Positions 10,453-20,793 are shown, counted from the stretch's first letter. The stretch: 64,000 nucleotides of DNA from a virus (IMGVR_UViG_3300007512_001547:1-64000), one strand, 5' to 3'. The notes: a model not told the origin generated them from the sequence alone. Translations and numbers: made by a program.

Positions 10453-11997
10453 ATGAAACGAGTAGCACTCTTAATAGCACCACGAATACAAGATGATTTT
10501 GGTTATACTCCTGCAGGTCCGGCTTTAGTAAAAGGATCAATTAAAAAAGCAGGACATGACTGTAAAATTTTTGATTTTAACAGTGATCTTGAAAGAGAAT
10601 ATCAAGATTCAGAAATAGTTCCAATTGATAATTGGTTTATGAATCACAATTTCTATTCTGATAAAATCTATAAAAAAATACATGCTTTAATAGACAAGTG
10701 GACTGATGACGTCTTACAGTATGCACCAACCGACGTCGGAATAAGTGTATTTTCGTACAACAGTCAACGAGCAACTATAATGCTGGCAACAACCTTAAAA
10801 AGTAAAAATCCAGATATAAAAGTTTTTATTGGTGGAGCAGGATTAAACACTGATAACAAGTTTGGCAAATATTGTATGGATGAAAAAATTATTGACTGCT
10901 GGATACGTGGAGAGGGTGAACTATCAGTTCTAGCATATCTAGAAGGAAATCTTTCACATCCTGGACTTAATGGAATTCCACCAAAACAAATAGACAACAT
11001 TGACGATTTAGAATTTCCTGATTACAGTGATTATGAACTAGCCTCATATACTAACAAAAAAGGATTAGTTGCTTTACCTATTACAGGATCTAGAGGTTGT
11101 GTTAGAGCCTGTACATTTTGTGATATTGCAAGTATGTGGCCAAAATATAAATTTAGATCAGGTAAAAGTATTGCAAAAGAAATTAAAACACAGGTTAAGA
11201 AGTATGGTGCTAAAGCATTTAGATTTACCGATAGTTTAATTAATGGTTCAATGAAAGCATTTAGAGATATGACATACGAACTATCTAAATTTAGAATGGC
11301 TATAAAACCTGAAGATAGATTTATTTGGGATTCTCACTTTATTGTAAGAAATGAAAAACAAATGCCACCTCAGGACTTTAAAGTAATGGCAGAGTCTGGT
11401 GCAGGAACTTTACTAATAGGAGTAGAATCTGGATCAGCAAAAGTAAGAGAACATATGAAAAAAGGTTATACTGACGAAGATTTACATTACAGTCTCGAAC
11501 AAATATTTAAAAACAATATTAAAGTAAGATTTTTAATGATAATAGGGTACCCTACTGAAACAGAAGAGGACTTTCAACAAACATTAGACTTTTTTAATAG
11601 GTATGCTGAATATGGTCGCCAAGGATTAGTTGAGGAAGTAAATTTAGGACTTACTTTAAATCTTTTACCTAACACACCTTTATATGATAATGCTGAAAAG
11701 TTTGGACTTGATACAACAAAAGATCACATAAATGATTGGATATGTACTCAAAACCCAACATTAGATTTTAAAGAACGATTAAAAAGAAGAATAAATGCTC
11801 AACACTATGTTGAAAACTTAGGTTATAAAGTTTTTGAATCTAAAAATTATACTAGAGCATTGTCAATTGCTTGGAACGAAGTTAGTAAAATACAAATAGA
11901 TAACACTATTAAAATTGATGCTAGTAAAATAAAATTTGATAGAGAAAAAGGAATATTGGAACAGTCACCAGACTTTGATCCATTAAGAACTTATTAA
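10453..11997 (+). CDS. Cobalamin-binding radical SAM enzyme
   Basis: N-terminal B12-binding-like domain (GISVFS, VFIGG, GEGE); SRGCVRACTFC CxxxCxxC; IGVESGS; IIGYPTETEEDF. Confidence 0.92.
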   Translation: MKRVALLIAPRIQDDFGYTPAGPALVKGSIKKAGHDCKIFDFNSDLEREYQDSEIVPIDNWFMNHNFYSDKIYKKIHALIDKWTDDVLQYAPTDVGISVFSYNSQRATIMLATTLKSKNPDIKVFIGGAGLNTDNKFGKYCMDEKIIDCWIRGEGELSVLAYLEGNLSHPGLNGIPPKQIDNIDDLEFPDYSDYELASYTNKKGLVALPITGSRGCVRACTFCDIASMWPKYKFRSGKSIAKEIKTQVKKYGAKAFRFTDSLINGSMKAFRDMTYELSKFRMAIKPEDRFIWDSHFIVRNEKQMPPQDFKVMAESGAGTLLIGVESGSAKVREHMKKGYTDEDLHYSLEQIFKNNIKVRFLMIIGYPTETEEDFQQTLDFFNRYAEYGRQGLVEEVNLGLTLNLLPNTPLYDNAEKFGLDTTKDHINDWICTQNPTLDFKERLKRRINAQHYVENLGYKVFESKNYTRALSIAWNEVSKIQIDNTIKIDASKIKFDREKGILEQSPDFDPLRTY

Positions 11998-12590
11998 TGA
12001 AAATTCAAATTATTATAGAACCAACATTTAGTAAACAATGGCCTAAATTAAGAATAAGGTTAAATGATACTGACTGGTTTAATGATTTTTGTAAACCCAA
12101 TGAAGGAAAACATTTTGTTTTAACAATGTATCCTGAAGAAATTAACCTTCAAGACTCTAATGCAATATCAATTAAACATTATGATAAATCTAGAAACGAT
12201 ACAATAGTTGACAAAGAAGGCAATATTGAAAAAGATAGAGCAATAATATTAAAATCAATATCTTTTAACGACTTAAAAGTACCAGAAGTTATTCTATACA
12301 AACAACGTTTCTTTCCTGACTGGCCTGATCAACCATTCTACACCACGAACAATTTATATTTTGGATACAATGGGGAATATTTTTATAATTTTAAAAAAGA
12401 TGTTAACAAAATGTACTATGAAAATTTAATACAAAAAGAATTACTAGCAAATATTAATAATAAAAAAATTATGACTTTACCAAGTGGAGAGGAAATAGAA
12501 AGTTTTGAATTTACAGGAAAATTAGTTAGTGGTAGCGAAAAAGAAAACATTACCTTAGATGAATTGTATAACATAGTTAATAAAAAATGA
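11997..12590 (+). CDS. Hypothetical protein
   Basis: 197-aa ORF; NNLYFGYNG motif shared with N-terminus of 3584..4918. Confidence 0.75.
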   Translation: MKIQIIIEPTFSKQWPKLRIRLNDTDWFNDFCKPNEGKHFVLTMYPEEINLQDSNAISIKHYDKSRNDTIVDKEGNIEKDRAIILKSISFNDLKVPEVILYKQRFFPDWPDQPFYTTNNLYFGYNGEYFYNFKKDVNKMYYENLIQKELLANINNKKIMTLPSGEEIESFEFTGKLVSGSEKENITLDELYNIVNKK

Positions 12591-13003
12591 AAATAAAATT
12601 AAATTTAGAAACCGAATATAATAAAACTGCTCCACAATGTAGAATTTTTAGTCTAAAAGATTCTGAAACTGTTCAACTTGAAAAAGAATCAGTTGTAGAA
12701 TTAGATTTTAACTTACAAAATAAAGATACACTATCAATAAATTTTTTTAATAAAGATGGAGTTGACGATAATGTAATTAAAATTAATGAAATACATATCG
12801 ATGATATTAATATACAACATTTTATATACAATAGTACATTTTTTCCAGAATATAATGAAAATTGGTATGCTGAACAAGTTGTAAAGCCTCCTAAGTTTTA
12901 TTCTCCTTGTACAGAATTGCGACACAATGGTATATGGATTTTAAATATTACTACACCCATATGGAAAATGATGATGAACGAATGGATTAAAGATGACAGA
13001 TAA
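12587..13003 (+). CDS. Hypothetical protein
   Basis: 138-aa ORF, similar layout to 11997..12590. Confidence 0.75.
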   Translation: MKIKLNLETEYNKTAPQCRIFSLKDSETVQLEKESVVELDFNLQNKDTLSINFFNKDGVDDNVIKINEIHIDDINIQHFIYNSTFFPEYNENWYAEQVVKPPKFYSPCTELRHNGIWILNITTPIWKMMMNEWIKDDR

Positions 13004-13718
13004 TATTCCAAAATTACTACAAGATGCAATTAACGAAAACACTTACGACATCGATGTAATAACAAAGAATTTAAAACTGCCATGGCTTAAACTAGATCTC
13101 AAATTTGATCAACCTACTGACAAAGACATTAATGAATTGATTGCTACTGACGATTGGCGTAAAAAATGGAACTTTACAGGTTTAGAAAAGAATGCATATC
13201 AAGTAAAAAATTGGAATGGTAATATTTTCTTTGGTCCTAAAGATTTCCAAAACTTTTTAAAAATATCTAACGACTTAGAACACGACCATGATGAAGATAG
13301 TAAATGTAGATTTTTTAGAAACAAAATAGAATACGATTGGTACGTTGATTCTAATAATTTTACAAGACAACAAGTTGAAAAATTACTTCCAGATGTTAAT
13401 GACATTAATATAGTAAATTCTTATACACTTCCACCCGGAGGATACGTATTTCCGCATAGAGATTATGCTATTGATAAAATGGGTCTTGCAAAATTATATG
13501 TTGCAATCAAATGGGGTGATGGTAATATTTTTGGACAATATGGCTGTGGTAATATTCCTATAAACGAAGGTGATATATTTTTAATTAACAATTACACTCT
13601 TCCACATTGGGTTTATAATGGCAGTAAAGAAAACAGAATTGTAATTGATATAAGTGCTAATTTAAATTCTCCAAACATTAAAGAAAGTATTATTAGGGCA
13701 TTTAAAAAATGGAAATAA
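12993..13718 (+). CDS. 2OG-Fe(II) oxygenase (Asp/Asn beta-hydroxylase-like)
   Basis: LPPGGYVFPHRD (HxD) and distal H in PHWVYNGS..NRI. Confidence 0.85.
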   Translation: MTDNIPKLLQDAINENTYDIDVITKNLKLPWLKLDLKFDQPTDKDINELIATDDWRKKWNFTGLEKNAYQVKNWNGNIFFGPKDFQNFLKISNDLEHDHDEDSKCRFFRNKIEYDWYVDSNNFTRQQVEKLLPDVNDINIVNSYTLPPGGYVFPHRDYAIDKMGLAKLYVAIKWGDGNIFGQYGCGNIPINEGDIFLINNYTLPHWVYNGSKENRIVIDISANLNSPNIKESIIRAFKKWK

Positions 13719-14275
13719 AAAACAACTACAAAAAAATTATAAACTTAAAAGAAAATTCAGTATTAAATTACAACTTAAAAGCAAACTCGTCTGCTTGTTT
13801 ATTCTTTTGTGATTATGCTGGTTTCATAACAGAAATTAACATAAACCTAGATACAAATTCTTCATGTGAGTTATATGGTTTCTTTAAAAATACTAATGAA
13901 AACACTGCTGTTATTACTAAAGTAATACACAAAGGTAATAATTCAAAATGCGACCAAGATTTTAGATTTGTAAACAAAAATAGTATTAGTTCTTTTAAAG
14001 GTTTAATATCTGTTCCTAAACATATTAAAAATTGTGAAAGTCATATGACAAACAAGAATCTTTTACTAGATAATACTTCTCAAGCATTCGCAAAACCAGA
14101 ATTAGATATTAAAAATTCTAATGTTGTTTGTACACATAGCAGTACAACTGGCACGTTAGATGAAGATCAAATATTTTATATTCAAAGCAGAGGACTTTCT
14201 TACGAGGAATCTGTTAATATGCTCATAGAAGCATTTTATCAAGATATTAAAAGTAAAATGGAGGCAAGTTTATGA
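13709..14275 (+). CDS. sufD: Short SufD-like protein (C-terminal beta-helix half only)
   Basis: NLLL, KPELDI, VCTHSSTTG.LDEDQIFYIQSRGL...LIEAF. Confidence 0.85.
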   Translation: MEIKNNYKKIINLKENSVLNYNLKANSSACLFFCDYAGFITEININLDTNSSCELYGFFKNTNENTAVITKVIHKGNNSKCDQDFRFVNKNSISSFKGLISVPKHIKNCESHMTNKNLLLDNTSQAFAKPELDIKNSNVVCTHSSTTGTLDEDQIFYIQSRGLSYEESVNMLIEAFYQDIKSKMEASL

Positions 14276-14526
14276 AAGTAATAGAAATATTAATATATGG
14301 TTTAGGTGTTCTAGAGTTTCCGTTTGATGACACTCAAAAATGTAGACCACAAGCAGAAGAACTTCTACAAGAAAAAACAATTTGGGTTGATGAAATTAAT
14401 CGACCCGAATTTTGGGCAGAAGGCGATTACTGGATTGGCGACGATGGTAAACATTACCGTCTTGCTGGTTTTAGATGCATTGATAAGGAAACCGGAAAAG
14501 AAGTTGGCAAATCAGGATGGTACTAA
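14272..14526 (+). CDS. Hypothetical protein
   Basis: 84-aa ORF coupled to sufD-like gene. Confidence 0.7.
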   Translation: MKVIEILIYGLGVLEFPFDDTQKCRPQAEELLQEKTIWVDEINRPEFWAEGDYWIGDDGKHYRLAGFRCIDKETGKEVGKSGWY

Positions 14527-14535
14527 AATACTAAT

Positions 14536-15339
14536 ATGAAACTAGGTATTGTAGGACATGGTTTTGTTGGTTCAGCTGTTAATCAAGGTTTTACCAAAGA
14601 CACCAAAAAATATATTGTTGATCCAAAGTATTATAGCAGTAATACTATAGAAAGTTTAATTCAATTTAACCCTGACGCAACTTTTGTAGCCGTACCTACA
14701 CCAATGTTAGAAACAGGTGAATGTAATACTGACATATTAGAATCAATATTACAAAAATTAAATCAATACAAAGGACATCTTGTTATTGTTAAAAGTACTG
14801 TACCTGCATATAAGTTACAAGCAATACAAGAAGAGTGTGTAGATTTAAAAATAGTATACAATCCAGAATTTCTTACAGAAAAAAATCATGTAGAAGATTT
14901 TAGAAATCCGCCCATGCAAATATTTGGTGGACGAAATACAGATACAGATGCAGTAGAAAAGCTATACAAAGAACATTCAGTTTGTAAACCTTGTCCTACA
15001 TACAAGACAGACATAGTAACAGCAAGTATGGTTAAGTATTGCATTAACAGTTTCCTTGCAACTAAAGTCACATTCATGAACGAAATGTATGATGTATTAA
15101 AATCATCAAAAGGTTGTGACTGGAATACTTTTATAAAAATTATATCTAATGATACACGTATAGGTAAAACACATATGAAAGTACCAGGCAATGATGGAAT
15201 GCGTGGCTATGCAGGATCTTGTTTTCCTAAAGATACAAATGCACTGGCTTGGTTTGCACGAGAGATACTTAATAAACCTTTTACACAACTAGAAACAAGC
15301 ATTAAAATTAACGACAATTTGAGAAAAAGGCAACAATGA
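14536..15339 (+). CDS. UDP-glucose/GDP-mannose dehydrogenase family (lacks C-terminal domain)
   Basis: GIVGHGFVG, VPTP, VKSTV, YNPEFL, GYAGSCFPKD catalytic Cys. Confidence 0.92.
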   Translation: MKLGIVGHGFVGSAVNQGFTKDTKKYIVDPKYYSSNTIESLIQFNPDATFVAVPTPMLETGECNTDILESILQKLNQYKGHLVIVKSTVPAYKLQAIQEECVDLKIVYNPEFLTEKNHVEDFRNPPMQIFGGRNTDTDAVEKLYKEHSVCKPCPTYKTDIVTASMVKYCINSFLATKVTFMNEMYDVLKSSKGCDWNTFIKIISNDTRIGKTHMKVPGNDGMRGYAGSCFPKDTNALAWFAREILNKPFTQLETSIKINDNLRKRQQ

Positions 15340-16097
15340 TATTACTTTTAGGCAATTGTATTGCACTAGGAGAACACACATTATTACCAGAAATAACTGG
15401 CAATCCTAACGTCACAACAAAACACGATTATAGTTTAACTAGTCGAAAATGGAGGAAAGAAATTACTGCATGGTTTTTAAAAAAATATTATAACCAACAA
15501 AAAGTTGCTGACAAAGAAATTTTAAGAACAGCGTTTAAAGAAAAACAAAAACAAGAAAAAAAATTAGCATTTCCTAACTACATCAAAGACTGTGTAAATG
15601 CATCAACATATGGTGCTACCTTTTTAGGAATTCATCAACAATGTAAAATATATTTGGAAAAAAACCAAAAACCTGATCTTGTACTAATCACAGACTTTCC
15701 ATTTGAAAATAGAGGTATTGCTATACATCATAACCAACAAAAATTCATAATCGAAAGTGCCATGTATTTTGTTGATCATAATCCAGAATTTGTGCCAAAA
15801 CAAGCATATCAAAAATTTTTAGATAAAAGGAAATTACAAGAAAAAGTTGGGGAAACTTTTATTAATAAAAAACGTCAAAAAAGTTACAAACTTTTAATCA
15901 AGTTTTTGCATCATCATAATTTAAAATATAAATTTGTTATTTTCTACAAAAAAAATAAAAACTTTTTTGCTGAACACAATTACATAGATTGCACACATTT
16001 TGTGGACCAATTTACAAATTCTGATCACTACCAACTATGTGCTAAAAAACTAGAACTGCAAAAACCTATTGCTGAACATATCAAAAAGCATATATAA
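15336..16097 (+). CDS. Hypothetical protein, possibly degenerate SGNH-like
   Basis: Starts ILLLGNCIALG; 253 aa; weak resemblance only. Confidence 0.6.
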   Translation: MILLLGNCIALGEHTLLPEITGNPNVTTKHDYSLTSRKWRKEITAWFLKKYYNQQKVADKEILRTAFKEKQKQEKKLAFPNYIKDCVNASTYGATFLGIHQQCKIYLEKNQKPDLVLITDFPFENRGIAIHHNQQKFIIESAMYFVDHNPEFVPKQAYQKFLDKRKLQEKVGETFINKKRQKSYKLLIKFLHHHNLKYKFVIFYKKNKNFFAEHNYIDCTHFVDQFTNSDHYQLCAKKLELQKPIAEHIKKHI

Positions 16098-16100
16098 ACA

Positions 16101-16733
16101 ATGCTAGATCTTAAAGTATTACAGCCAAAAAAAATTTTAGGGTTAGGTAGATACCCTTTACCACACCAAGGAGATTTGTCAAAACCATACTTTATAGCTG
16201 TTGGATGTAGTTTTACAGCTGGAGCAAGAATAGATTACAATGATGTTTGGTGTAATCAGTTAGGTAACAAATTAAATTTAGAACATATAAATTTAAGTTA
16301 TCAAGGTTCTTCATTAGAATATCAGTATGAAAAAATATTACAATCAGAAACAATATTGTCCAATGCAAAATTTATTTTATGGATGCAAACATATCCTCCA
16401 CGATCTCATAGATTTTTCTTAAGAGATATAATTGGAGATCTCTATTCAAAAATTATTGCTCCTGATAAACCAATTATTTGGGAGAAGGTTGAATATTATT
16501 ATAATTTAGTTTCACACAAAAAAATTTTAATAACTAATTGTTGGGGTTGGGATTTAAAAACTAAAATTTTACTAAAAGCTAAAATTTGCAAAAAAAATAA
16601 AAACTATTTTTTTAATAAAAACAACCCTATAGATTATGGATCAGATAACCTTCATCCTGGTCCAAAATCACATTCAATACTAGCAAATGATATGTATGAT
16701 CATATGACAAAACATTTTTCCAGTTGGATTTAA
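16101..16733 (+). CDS. SGNH/GDSL hydrolase-like protein
   Basis: VGCSFTAG, INLSYQGSS, DNLHPG motifs. Confidence 0.7.
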   Translation: MLDLKVLQPKKILGLGRYPLPHQGDLSKPYFIAVGCSFTAGARIDYNDVWCNQLGNKLNLEHINLSYQGSSLEYQYEKILQSETILSNAKFILWMQTYPPRSHRFFLRDIIGDLYSKIIAPDKPIIWEKVEYYYNLVSHKKILITNCWGWDLKTKILLKAKICKKNKNYFFNKNNPIDYGSDNLHPGPKSHSILANDMYDHMTKHFSSWI

Positions 16734-16755
16734 CAATGCTGATAATTATTAACAT

Positions 16756-18102
16756 ATGTGCGGAATAGTCGGAATATACAACGTTCCTGAAGCCTCTAAA
16801 ATTGCGGCCTTAGGAATTCATGGATTACAACATCGAGGACAAGAAGGTGCGGGAATTATTTCATACAACAAAGAATTTCATATCCATGGCGACTATGGAC
16901 GTGTTGATCATATTTTTGGTAGCGACAAAGTTATAAAAAATCTTCCAGGTAGTACAGCAATTGGACACGTTAGATACAGCACTACTGGAGGCACAGGAAA
17001 AAGTAATGTTCAACCTTTATTTTATAATTTAGACTTTGGCGGCTTTGCTATTGCCCACAATGGTGACTTTACTGATTCTGCATATTGGAGAGAAAAGCTA
17101 ACCAAAGAAGGTGCAATATTTCAAACAACAACTGACACAGAAATTATTCCACATTTGATTGCTCGAACAAAAGGTATTGATCCTGTGGATCGTTTACTTA
17201 CAGTATTGAATAAAGTAGAAGGTGCATTTAGCATAGTAACTTTACTTGATGATAAATTAGTTGTTGCTCGAGATCCATATGGCTTTCGTCCTTTAGTTAT
17301 AGGTCAATACGAAGAAGGGTACGCAATAGCATCAGAAACCTGTGCTCTTGATTTAATTGGTGCAACAAACATTAAAGATATCGATCCTGGTACAGTAATC
17401 ATATTCAGTAATGGAAAAAAAGAAACATTTTATTTAGATAAAAAAGTTACAAAACATTTTTGTATATTTGAACACATTTATTTTTCACGTCCTGATACTG
17501 TTATTGATAATCAATTAGTATACGAAGTTCGTAAAAGAATAGGAGAAGAATTAGCAAAAGAAAGTTATGTTGAATCTGACATGGTTGTTCCTGTACCTGA
17601 TTCTGGAATGGCATCTGCACTTGGATATGCTAATCAATCAAAAGTACCTTTTGAACTAGGACTTACACGAAGTCATTACAAAGGAAGAACATTTATTGAA
17701 CCTACACAAAAAATACGAGACTTAGGTGTAAGATTAAAACATAGTGCTATGCAATTGTTTAAAGATAAAACAGTTACCGTTATTGACGATTCTATTGTAC
17801 GTGGAACTACATCTAAAAAAATTATAAAAATGATACGAAAAGCAGGTGCTAAAAAAATACATATGCGTATCTCATCTCCTCCTGTAACTGGACCATGCCA
17901 TTATGGTATTGATACTCCAAACAGAAAAGAACTTATAGCTGGAGAAAGTAATGTAAACGAAATTAAAGAATTTATTGGTGCTGATTCATTAGAGTATATT
18001 TCTATAGAAGGACTACATAAAGCTATGAAAAGTAAGGGCTACTGCGACGCTTGTTTTACAGGCAACTATCCAGTTAAAAAACAATTGGCTATAAACGATT
18101 AA
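16756..18102 (+). CDS. purF: Amidophosphoribosyltransferase
   Basis: N-terminal MCGIVG, QHRGQEGAG, GHVRYST, AHNG, VIDDSIVRGTT; four Fe-S Cys (FCIFE, PCHYG, YCDAC). Confidence 0.98.
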   Translation: MCGIVGIYNVPEASKIAALGIHGLQHRGQEGAGIISYNKEFHIHGDYGRVDHIFGSDKVIKNLPGSTAIGHVRYSTTGGTGKSNVQPLFYNLDFGGFAIAHNGDFTDSAYWREKLTKEGAIFQTTTDTEIIPHLIARTKGIDPVDRLLTVLNKVEGAFSIVTLLDDKLVVARDPYGFRPLVIGQYEEGYAIASETCALDLIGATNIKDIDPGTVIIFSNGKKETFYLDKKVTKHFCIFEHIYFSRPDTVIDNQLVYEVRKRIGEELAKESYVESDMVVPVPDSGMASALGYANQSKVPFELGLTRSHYKGRTFIEPTQKIRDLGVRLKHSAMQLFKDKTVTVIDDSIVRGTTSKKIIKMIRKAGAKKIHMRISSPPVTGPCHYGIDTPNRKELIAGESNVNEIKEFIGADSLEYISIEGLHKAMKSKGYCDACFTGNYPVKKQLAIND

Positions 18103-18110
18103 ATACACAT

Positions 18111-19742
18111 ATGAAACCATGGTTTGAAAGAGAATTAGCAGAAGCGGATATAATTAAATTCCCAGAGCCTGAAGCTAAAGTCGTACAAATGCCAAATGTG
18201 CAGGAGTATCCAGACTTTATTACAGGTGTACAAGATTTACAATCCAAGCAAAAAGACGGTACAATATCACAAGAATCATACGATAAACTTTACACAGAGC
18301 TAATACACAGATTTATGAAGAAAGAGAGTTTTGAAACTCCTTGGTTCATAAGAGAAGCTAATTTGAGCAGAGTTTCAACAGGATCACGAACACTTTATAT
18401 CAACAATATTAATAAATTATTAAAAAAAAATACACCTTTTCCTATTGGTAGACAAAAGAAAAAATTAAAAGGCACCTTTGTTCCCGATCCAGGACAAGAA
18501 ATTAAAGATTTCAGCGATACACTTACAGGAAAACTTAATGGAGAAGAAGTTGAAATAGCGGCAACTTCTCTTTTTAAAAGTGCAGATATAAGAGGTGGTC
18601 AAACACTAAAAACAGGAGAAGCGAAAAAACTTTGGAATACTGGATATGTATCGGAAGGTCTTTTTGGAATGGGATTATTCTTAGCATTATTATTAGATCG
18701 TCCACTATCAGATATTGATATCAAAGACGGAGTTAAAAAATTTCTTAAAACAAATGGTGGTACAGTAACAAAAGTTAATCCAAAAACTAAAGATAGTGTC
18801 TCACTAAAAATTTATTTGCCAGAAGTAGATTGGGACGGTTTAATTAATCCAAAAACATATGAGCATCCAGACATAATAGGACATTCTAAATCAATTGCTG
18901 ATTATACTAACAGCTCTGCAGATTGGAAAGAAATAGACAACAGTTTTGTAAAAAATCAAAAGATTGATAATATAGAAGTAATCGCAGATGGGACATCTGC
19001 ACAAAAAGCAACCAAGGTTGATGTCTATATCAAATATGCTAATGGCAAACGAATGAAATTTGAACGTTCAATTAAAAGTGGAAAGGTAAAACAATTTGGG
19101 CAAGGTCCAGTAGGTGGTGCTTTAGGACAACGAGAAAAAAAATATGGCGAGAAAGGAACATCGCACCATTCTTGGTATCCTGGAAAAGGATCTAGAGAGG
19201 CACGTTGGAGTTATCAAGAAGATTTTTGGAATAATATGGGTGTAAATATCTCAAATGCAGAAAATGATTTTATGGGATATAAATCTGATATTACAGACAA
19301 GTTAAATAAAAAAGCAAAATGGACAAAAAAAGACAAAGATATAGCCATAGACATTGAAAGAGAAATACATTATTTTCCATATCAAGTAGCTACAAAAGAA
19401 TTGAATGATAAGTTAAAAGGAAATAAAGATGAATACAAAACACTTATACACATTAATGGAGCATTACAAGATTATGCTGGTGCCAAAATGATTCACATTT
19501 ATTCTGGAGGATACAGAGTAATGGATTTTAAAAAACTAGATAAGTTAGTTGGTGCCCTTGACCTAAAAGCATTTTTCAAAGATACAGGAATGTATCCTAA
19601 AGTTATTATTGGAGACGATGATACACCTGCTGGAGAATTTATATCAGTAACTCTTAAAACGGATCAAGGCAAAGCATCAAACCAAGTTGATATGGGCGAA
19701 TTAATTAAAAAAGTAACCACTGTTGAAAAACGCGACTATTAA
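18111..19742 (+). CDS. Large hypothetical protein, possibly virion-packaged
   Basis: 543-aa ORF after TAAATA motif; KVDVYI...SIK segment. Confidence 0.75.
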   Translation: MKPWFERELAEADIIKFPEPEAKVVQMPNVQEYPDFITGVQDLQSKQKDGTISQESYDKLYTELIHRFMKKESFETPWFIREANLSRVSTGSRTLYINNINKLLKKNTPFPIGRQKKKLKGTFVPDPGQEIKDFSDTLTGKLNGEEVEIAATSLFKSADIRGGQTLKTGEAKKLWNTGYVSEGLFGMGLFLALLLDRPLSDIDIKDGVKKFLKTNGGTVTKVNPKTKDSVSLKIYLPEVDWDGLINPKTYEHPDIIGHSKSIADYTNSSADWKEIDNSFVKNQKIDNIEVIADGTSAQKATKVDVYIKYANGKRMKFERSIKSGKVKQFGQGPVGGALGQREKKYGEKGTSHHSWYPGKGSREARWSYQEDFWNNMGVNISNAENDFMGYKSDITDKLNKKAKWTKKDKDIAIDIEREIHYFPYQVATKELNDKLKGNKDEYKTLIHINGALQDYAGAKMIHIYSGGYRVMDFKKLDKLVGALDLKAFFKDTGMYPKVIIGDDDTPAGEFISVTLKTDQGKASNQVDMGELIKKVTTVEKRDY

Positions 19743-19785
19743 TCACTACACATTAAATCCCAAAAAATAAACCATAAGTATTAGT

Positions 19786-20364
19786 ATGACGGATACTCAA
19801 GGCAAATTACTTGTAGCACCACCTAGTATGCCAGATTGGAGATTCCAAAAAACTGTTCTCTATGTTTGGCGTCATGACATATCAGGTGCGGCGGCAGTTA
19901 TTATTAACAAAAAGTGTAATCACCCTGATTTTAAGCACATATGCGAAGAAGGTCGTGTTGATAGAAACTTACAAATTAATCTACCTGTATATTATGGAGG
20001 CCCAATCTTAAACAATATTATTGGCGTCCTACACACAAAAGACTTTCAATTAGGAAGTACAAACGCAAATAGCAACTATCCACTAGCATTTACATTAGAT
20101 AAAAAAATGCTTGAAGTTCTTGCAAAAGGAGGTGGACCTAAACAAAAAATGATTACAATGGGGATGGCAAGTTGGGAATCTCAACAACTTGAAGACGAAA
20201 TAGATGCATTACCTCCAAGAAAACGTGCAATGAGTTGGTTAATATTACCGTATGATGAAAAAATTGTATTTGGACCACAACCAGAGGATCTTTGGGAAAT
20301 GTGCGTTTCACGTGCTGTAGAAAATAAAACTAAAGAAATTACTAATAAGATTTTTAAAATATAA
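19786..20364 (+). CDS. YqgE/AlgH (DUF179) family protein
   Basis: LLVAPP.MPD.RFQKTV, IINK, VYYGGP, GMASW...QLEDEI..W. Confidence 0.9.
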   Translation: MTDTQGKLLVAPPSMPDWRFQKTVLYVWRHDISGAAAVIINKKCNHPDFKHICEEGRVDRNLQINLPVYYGGPILNNIIGVLHTKDFQLGSTNANSNYPLAFTLDKKMLEVLAKGGGPKQKMITMGMASWESQQLEDEIDALPPRKRAMSWLILPYDEKIVFGPQPEDLWEMCVSRAVENKTKEITNKIFKI

Positions 20365-20793
20365 TTACCCGTACGGGCCAGCAATTGGACAGGTACTAGT
20401 TAATAAGTGCCAAAGTTTGTCATAGTCCCAATCAAAATTATGCTGTTCTTTTAAGTATTGTTTCTGCAATGGCCAAGCATCTTTCTCCATTTGATTTACA
20501 CAATCATAATCTATTTCATTTATATCCTGCAGATAATGAATTACTTCATGTAATAATACTGATAGGCTCCATGGATCAGTTCTATCCCATGTGTCTGGCA
20601 ATATTATTAAATCAAGTTTAATATCATAAAATCCATGTAATGTAACACCTTCATACTTTTCACCACCATAATATGCTTCTTCCATTTTATCCTGTGTTAC
20701 AAACAAAATCGTTGGTTCAGGAACATCTATATTATAATTTGTGTTAGCTCCTATCCAAATCATCAGAGCCATAATAATTTCTTTCATTGACAT
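20365..20793 (-). CDS. Secreted/membrane-anchored protein with HExxH motif
   Basis: N-terminal hydrophobic segment; GFYD..., LLHEVIHYLQ, E.DAW.LQ; one of only two convincing minus-strand genes. Confidence 0.75.
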   Translation of the reverse strand: MSMKEIIMALMIWIGANTNYNIDVPEPTILFVTQDKMEEAYYGGEKYEGVTLHGFYDIKLDLIILPDTWDRTDPWSLSVLLHEVIHYLQDINEIDYDCVNQMEKDAWPLQKQYLKEQHNFDWDYDKLWHLLTSTCPIAGPYG

